Source: an uncultured Verrucomicrobiae bacterium (GTDB taxonomy: Bacteria > Verrucomicrobiota > Verrucomicrobiia > Chthoniobacterales > JAFAMB01). From it: a stretch of 64,000 nt of DNA. This document shows positions 59,767-64,000 of this stretch, one piece after another. The notes beneath the pieces are model-generated. The model made no database searches. It saw only the letters and a program-made list of their open reading frames with translations, and had not been told where the DNA came from. Position 1 is the stretch's first letter. Each line of letters starts with the position of its first letter. The stretch covers positions 96,001 to 160,000 of the forward strand of contig CAWEXO010000011.1 in the NCBI GenBank assembly GCA_963813025.1, read 5' to 3'. The position numbers and the translations under genes were made by a program.

Positions 59767-61943
59767 AATCTGACTTCCGCTTTGTACGTTATCTCTGGGA
59801 CGAAGCTTACGCCGCGCGGCTCAGCGCGGTGGAGCGACTGGTCTACCGATCCAACCTGCTGGGCGCTGACCAGCGAATCACGAATACCGGCGGCGGTAAC
59901 ACGTCGTCCAAGGTTGAAGAGAAAGATCCGTTGACTGGCGAACCAGTCGAGGTGCTCTGGGTGAAAGGTTCGGGCGGCGATTTGCGCACGGCGAAAACAG
60001 AGAATTTCGCGAGCCTGACGATGCCCTGCCTCCAACGTCTGCGGACCATCTATGAACGATCCGACAAAAAAGGTCCAAAAACAGATGTTGAGGACCGGAT
60101 GGTGTCCAATTACCCGCACTGCACGTACAATCTTAACCCGCGCGCATCCTCGATTGACACTCCTTTGCACGCCTTCGTTCCTTTTAAGAATGTCGATCAC
60201 ACGCATCCCAACGCGGTGATCGCGGTGGCAGCGTCGAGGAATGGTGAAGCGATCGCCAAGAAGATCTATGGCGATGAGATTGTCTGGCTGCCGTGGCAAC
60301 GCCCGGGATTCGATCTTGGGCTGATGCTGGCCGAGGCTTGCGCTCGCAATCCAAAGGCGAAGGGAGCGATTCTCGGGCAGCACGGTTTAATCAACTGGGC
60401 AAATGACGATCGCGCAGTATACGATCTGAGCCTCGAACTTATTGAAAAGACCGCTGCCCACATTGAACATGAAGCAACAGCGAGTCCTTTTGGCGGTCAA
60501 AAGTATTCCCGCCTCTCTCCGGACGAACGTGACGATCTGCTTGTTGGCATCCTGCCTTGGCTTCGCGGTCAAATCAGCCAGGGGCGGCGCTTGATCGGAA
60601 CCGTCCAGACCGATGACGCTATTCTGCAGTTTGTAAACAGTCACGACGCGCCCCGTTTGGCTGAACTTGGTACATCGTGTCCGGACCACTTCCTGCGCAC
60701 CAAGATCAGGCCCCTTTTTGTCGACTGGGATCCGGTGGCAAAAGATCTCGTGCTCCTCAAAAGAATGCTGGCGGAAGGTCTGGAGAAGTATCGGGCGGAT
60801 TATGCGGCGTACTACAACCGGTGCCGCCACCCCGATTCTCCCGCGATGCGCGATCCTAATCCAACCGTTATTCTCATTCCCGGGCTTGGCATGGCGGCGT
60901 GGGGCAAAGACAAAAGCGAGTCCAGGGTTACCGCGGAATTTTATAATTGTGCGGTTGAAGTCATGCTCGGTGCGGAAACGCTCGACGAGTACATTGCCCT
61001 GCCGCAACAGGAAGCTTTCGACATCGAATATTGGCGCCTGGAAGAGGCCAAGCTGCGGCGTATGCCTCCCGAAAAGGAACTTGCCCGCAAGGTCATTGTT
61101 GTTTTTGGTGCGGGCAGTGGAATCGGGCGTGAAGTGGGCCGTCGGGTCGTGCGCGATGGCGCACACCTCGTGAGCGTCGATTTGAACCAGGATGCCGCGA
61201 ACGACACGGCCGACGAAATTATCCAGACTTACGGCCAAGGTATCGGGGTGGCAGGTTCGGGAGTTTCGCAAGCAGGTCCGGCCGTCGGATTGGCGGCCGA
61301 TATTACCGACCGTCCCTCGGTCCGCAGCGTTTTCCGGAACGCCGTTCTGGCCTATGGCGGATTTGACGGGATCGCGATTACCGCTGCGGTCTTTTTCCCG
61401 CCGGATCCAACTGGAAAATTGTCCGATTCGAAATGGGCCGCGACGCTGAACGTGAACATCACCGGGTCCTATATTGCGGCCGACGAAGGCAGAACCATTC
61501 TGGTTGAACAAGGTTTGCCGGCTTCAATCGTTCTCACGTCGAGTGCCAACGCCATCGTCGCGAAAAAGGGCAGCATCGCTTACGACATCAGCAAGGCGGC
61601 AACCAATCACCTGGTCCGCGAACTCGCGATCGAGTACGCGCCGCTCATCCGAGTCAATGCCGTGGCTCCGGCGACTGTGGTGCAGGGCAGCGGGATGTTT
61701 CCTCGCGAACGCGTAAGAGGATCTCTGCAGAAATACCAGATCACCTTTTTGGAGACTGAATCCACTGAAGAATTGACGGCGAAGCTCGCGCAGTTTTATG
61801 CCGATCGCACCCTGACGCATGTGCCGATCACTCCGGCCGATCAAGCGGAGGCCTACTTCGCCCTGCTGTCGGATCGCTTTCGGCAGACTGCTGGACAGAT
61901 CTTCGCGGTGGATGGCGGTCTGAGCGAGGCGTTCTTGAGGTAG
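59763..61943 (+). CDS. Bifunctional rhamnulose-1-phosphate aldolase/short-chain dehydrogenase (RhaEW-type)
   Basis: TNTGGGNTS.K, VKGSGGDL, SIDTPLH, DHTH, CPDHFLRTK, EYWRLEEAKL, SDR GAGSGIG, YDISK. Confidence 0.92.
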   Translation: MKSDFRFVRYLWDEAYAARLSAVERLVYRSNLLGADQRITNTGGGNTSSKVEEKDPLTGEPVEVLWVKGSGGDLRTAKTENFASLTMPCLQRLRTIYERSDKKGPKTDVEDRMVSNYPHCTYNLNPRASSIDTPLHAFVPFKNVDHTHPNAVIAVAASRNGEAIAKKIYGDEIVWLPWQRPGFDLGLMLAEACARNPKAKGAILGQHGLINWANDDRAVYDLSLELIEKTAAHIEHEATASPFGGQKYSRLSPDERDDLLVGILPWLRGQISQGRRLIGTVQTDDAILQFVNSHDAPRLAELGTSCPDHFLRTKIRPLFVDWDPVAKDLVLLKRMLAEGLEKYRADYAAYYNRCRHPDSPAMRDPNPTVILIPGLGMAAWGKDKSESRVTAEFYNCAVEVMLGAETLDEYIALPQQEAFDIEYWRLEEAKLRRMPPEKELARKVIVVFGAGSGIGREVGRRVVRDGAHLVSVDLNQDAANDTADEIIQTYGQGIGVAGSGVSQAGPAVGLAADITDRPSVRSVFRNAVLAYGGFDGIAITAAVFFPPDPTGKLSDSKWAATLNVNITGSYIAADEGRTILVEQGLPASIVLTSSANAIVAKKGSIAYDISKAATNHLVRELAIEYAPLIRVNAVAPATVVQGSGMFPRERVRGSLQKYQITFLETESTEELTAKLAQFYADRTLTHVPITPADQAEAYFALLSDRFRQTAGQIFAVDGGLSEAFLR

Positions 61944-61968
61944 CTAAGGAAGGAGTCACAGGACTCCG

Positions 61969-62439
61969 TCAGCCTCCATGCTGTTCGCCCTTCGATCCCT
62001 CTGCCAGACAGACCAGCAGATAGGCGGTTTGCCCGTGCCAGTTCACCGGAACGACATAACTCCTCTGCTGCCGTTTCGGGAACTGATCGGAGCCGTTCAT
62101 CATGAAAGGGACAGAGATGCGGAAGTCGCTGCCAAACTGCTCGCGAGCGTTTCCGCTGAGAGTATTGGCAATCTCTCCGACCAGATCCCGTTTAGCGGTT
62201 TCGCCGGTTTCCGGCTCATCAAGCAAAGAGAGGATTTGGCGGAGCATTGGGCTGTTCGCGGTGAAGCAAACAATGCCGTGAACCCGACCCGAGATGTTAA
62301 TGACCCCGGTGTATTCAAGCAATGGTTCGGGATGATCGCGCAGGAAAGGGGGCTCGATGACTACCCGATCATCCTCATCCAGGGATTCAAAATACCGGTG
62401 AATGTTGGCAATGAAAACCTGGATTTCGTCGTCCTTCAT
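61969..62439 (-). CDS. cheX: CheX-family phosphatase
   Basis: TGVINISG..G, DLVGEIANTLSGN (ExxN), ISVP. Confidence 0.85.
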   Translation of the reverse strand: MKDDEIQVFIANIHRYFESLDEDDRVVIEPPFLRDHPEPLLEYTGVINISGRVHGIVCFTANSPMLRQILSLLDEPETGETAKRDLVGEIANTLSGNAREQFGSDFRISVPFMMNGSDQFPKRQQRSYVVPVNWHGQTAYLLVCLAEGSKGEQHGG

Positions 62440-62804
62440 CTGATTGAGTCATCCATGAGCAACTGGAATGATTCGCGCAGTTCGTCCGGATGAATCGGCT
62501 TGCAAAGAAAGCCGCTCGCGCCGCGTTTGATCGCGTCGATCGCCGTACTTCGATCGCGCAGCGCAGAAATTACGAGCACCTTGACCCCAGGGTTCAATGT
62601 GATAATGCGATCAAGACAGGTCAGTCCATCCATCAAAGGCATCGTGATATCCATCGTCACGACTTCGTGATGTTTTTCCTGGTAAAGACGAACGGCCTCT
62701 TCGCCATTTGAAGCCTGGTCGACCTCCGATATTGCTCCCAGCCCCAGATCGCGTTCAATTGCGCGCCGGACAACCAACGAGTCATCGACGATTAAGAGCT
62801 TCAT
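62436..62804 (-). CDS. CheY-like single-domain response regulator
   Basis: IVDDS, MDITMP.MDG, ISA, FLCKP. Confidence 0.9.
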   Translation of the reverse strand: MKLLIVDDSLVVRRAIERDLGLGAISEVDQASNGEEAVRLYQEKHHEVVTMDITMPLMDGLTCLDRIITLNPGVKVLVISALRDRSTAIDAIKRGASGFLCKPIHPDELRESFQLLMDDSIR

Positions 62805-64000
62805 GTGCAGGGCAACTCAACGCGAAATTCACAGTACGCGTCCTCCTGACATTCCAACCCGAGCGATCCACCCAAACGAGCGACCAAATCCTTGACCGCA
62901 TCCAAACCCACTCCGCGCCCGGCATCCGAAGTCGGGGTTCGCAAAGTCGTAAAACCGGGTCGGTACAAAATACTGGCCAATTTTGCCTGGCTCCAATTCT
63001 TTATTTCCGAATCAGTGGCATAGCCTAGCTCGACGGCTCGTCCCCGAATTTCCTCGTAATTGATGCCCCGGCCGTCGTCGCGCACCAGTAGGGTAACAAG
63101 TTGATCATTCTTCTGCAGCAAAGCAATCTGGATCGTTCCGACCGGACTTTTTTTCTTTTCGACGCGCTCGACCGGCGCTTCGATTCCATGGACGACCGCG
63201 TTGCGCACCAACTGGGACAGGATGGATTGGATCGGCTCCCGAAGCTTTTCCGGTAAATGCTCGGATTGCGAATTTCCATTGAAGCTGACTCTGACCTGTT
63301 TTCCGCTCCGGTCGCAGATATCGCGGGCCAGGCTCACCAAGGCATTATGATCTGTCGTACCATTTCGCTCGGCCGGCAGAGCTTCTTTCCGATTCAGCCG
63401 ATGGAGGACATCGCGCGTCATCTGCACCTGGTCCTGCACTGAGGCCAGTCCGGATGTAATCGGCAGAAATTGCTCGCCGGTGATAACATCGGCGGCTCGC
63501 AGATCCGCGATCTTGTCCTCGACCTCGTGAGCCAATTCTTCAAAGAAAGGCAGCTGCAACATTCCGGCATCGCCCTTTACCAAATGAACCGTACGAAAAA
63601 TCTTGTCCAAAAGGATTCGATAGCGGGCCGAGCGATCTGTTTCCGTCTCGCTTGTGCGAGCACTGAGATGTTCCGCTTCGAGCAGGCGAAGCGCTTCTCC
63701 AATTTTTGTATCAACTGTCTCGAGGAACTCCGCCAGAACCGCGGAGTTCACATGGAGCACACCGAACAGGCGATCGATCTGCGACCGCGCTTTTGCTTCG
63801 TTCTCGCGGATCTCTCTGCTCAGAAAGACACGTGAGGTCACATCGAGCGCGGTCACCATGATGTGGGCGACCTCATCGCCTTCAACGACTCGGTTGAACC
63901 GAAATTCGATGAAGCGGCTCCGCATCTTACCGTACGCGTCCAAATACTGCAGTTCGACCTCGGTGAGTGGATTCGTCTTTTGAATGAGCTTTTCCTTCAC
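62801..64000 (-). CDS. CheA-like histidine kinase (Hpt + HATPase, no CheW domain); 5' part outside window
   Basis: IFRTVHLVKG (Hpt), QLVRNAVVHGIE, RDDGRGI, PGFTT..AGRGVGLDAV; ends right after the ATPase domain. Confidence 0.85.
   Translation of the reverse strand: MKEKLIQKTNPLTEVELQYLDAYGKMRSRFIEFRFNRVVEGDEVAHIMVTALDVTSRVFLSREIRENEAKARSQIDRLFGVLHVNSAVLAEFLETVDTKIGEALRLLEAEHLSARTSETETDRSARYRILLDKIFRTVHLVKGDAGMLQLPFFEELAHEVEDKIADLRAADVITGEQFLPITSGLASVQDQVQMTRDVLHRLNRKEALPAERNGTTDHNALVSLARDICDRSGKQVRVSFNGNSQSEHLPEKLREPIQSILSQLVRNAVVHGIEAPVERVEKKKSPVGTIQIALLQKNDQLVTLLVRDDGRGINYEEIRGRAVELGYATDSEIKNWSQAKLASILYRPGFTTLRTPTSDAGRGVGLDAVKDLVARLGGSLGLECQEDAYCEFRVELPCT

Noticed and set aside
60387..61511. 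Long antisense ORFs (also 1465-2235, 46671-47450, 52434-53303, 7703-8425)
   Set aside because: Shadow frames opposite well-supported genes; no motifs.

Overview
Chromosomal window from a moderately GC-rich bacterium. Gene content and protein style suggest Verrucomicrobiota (Chthoniobacterales/Spartobacteria-like), which is an inference. Housekeeping genes: dcw cluster (mraZ-rsmH-ftsL-ftsI-murE-murF-mraY), orphan nuoA, yajQ, hpt, bioA, comF, accD-folC, polX, purK, dusB, MATE, iscA-hscB-hscA-like, nadC-birA, phoB/phoR-like, rhaB-rhaEW, and a CheW-less CheA-like kinase with CheY and CheX. Conjugation/plasmid-type parts are interleaved with these in separate islets. (i) 19.6-23.8 kb: a Rep_3-type initiator flanked by two paralogous unknown proteins, followed by a VirD4/TraD-like coupling ATPase. 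(ii) 27-30.6 kb: DUF4388-TM-FGE protein, MglA GTPase, type IV pilin and a non-canonical PilT-like ATPase. (iii) 41.8-53.9 kb: a VirB-like mating-pair-formation operon ending in a stand-alone ClpB-D2 AAA+ ATPase, with an IS630 inserted exactly in the virB6 stop codon. (iv) 12.1-13.6 kb: ParA with a non-ParB partner. No relaxase, integrase, tRNA or att site was seen, so a dispersed, possibly domesticated T4SS is the leading hypothesis. Non-coding features include MraZ boxes, GTAG-type REP/REPIN hairpins, a perfect 25-bp inverted repeat and three heptamer tandem arrays. Many single-base frameshifts (densest at 36-45.5 kb) look like long-read indel errors, so gene integrity there is uncertain.
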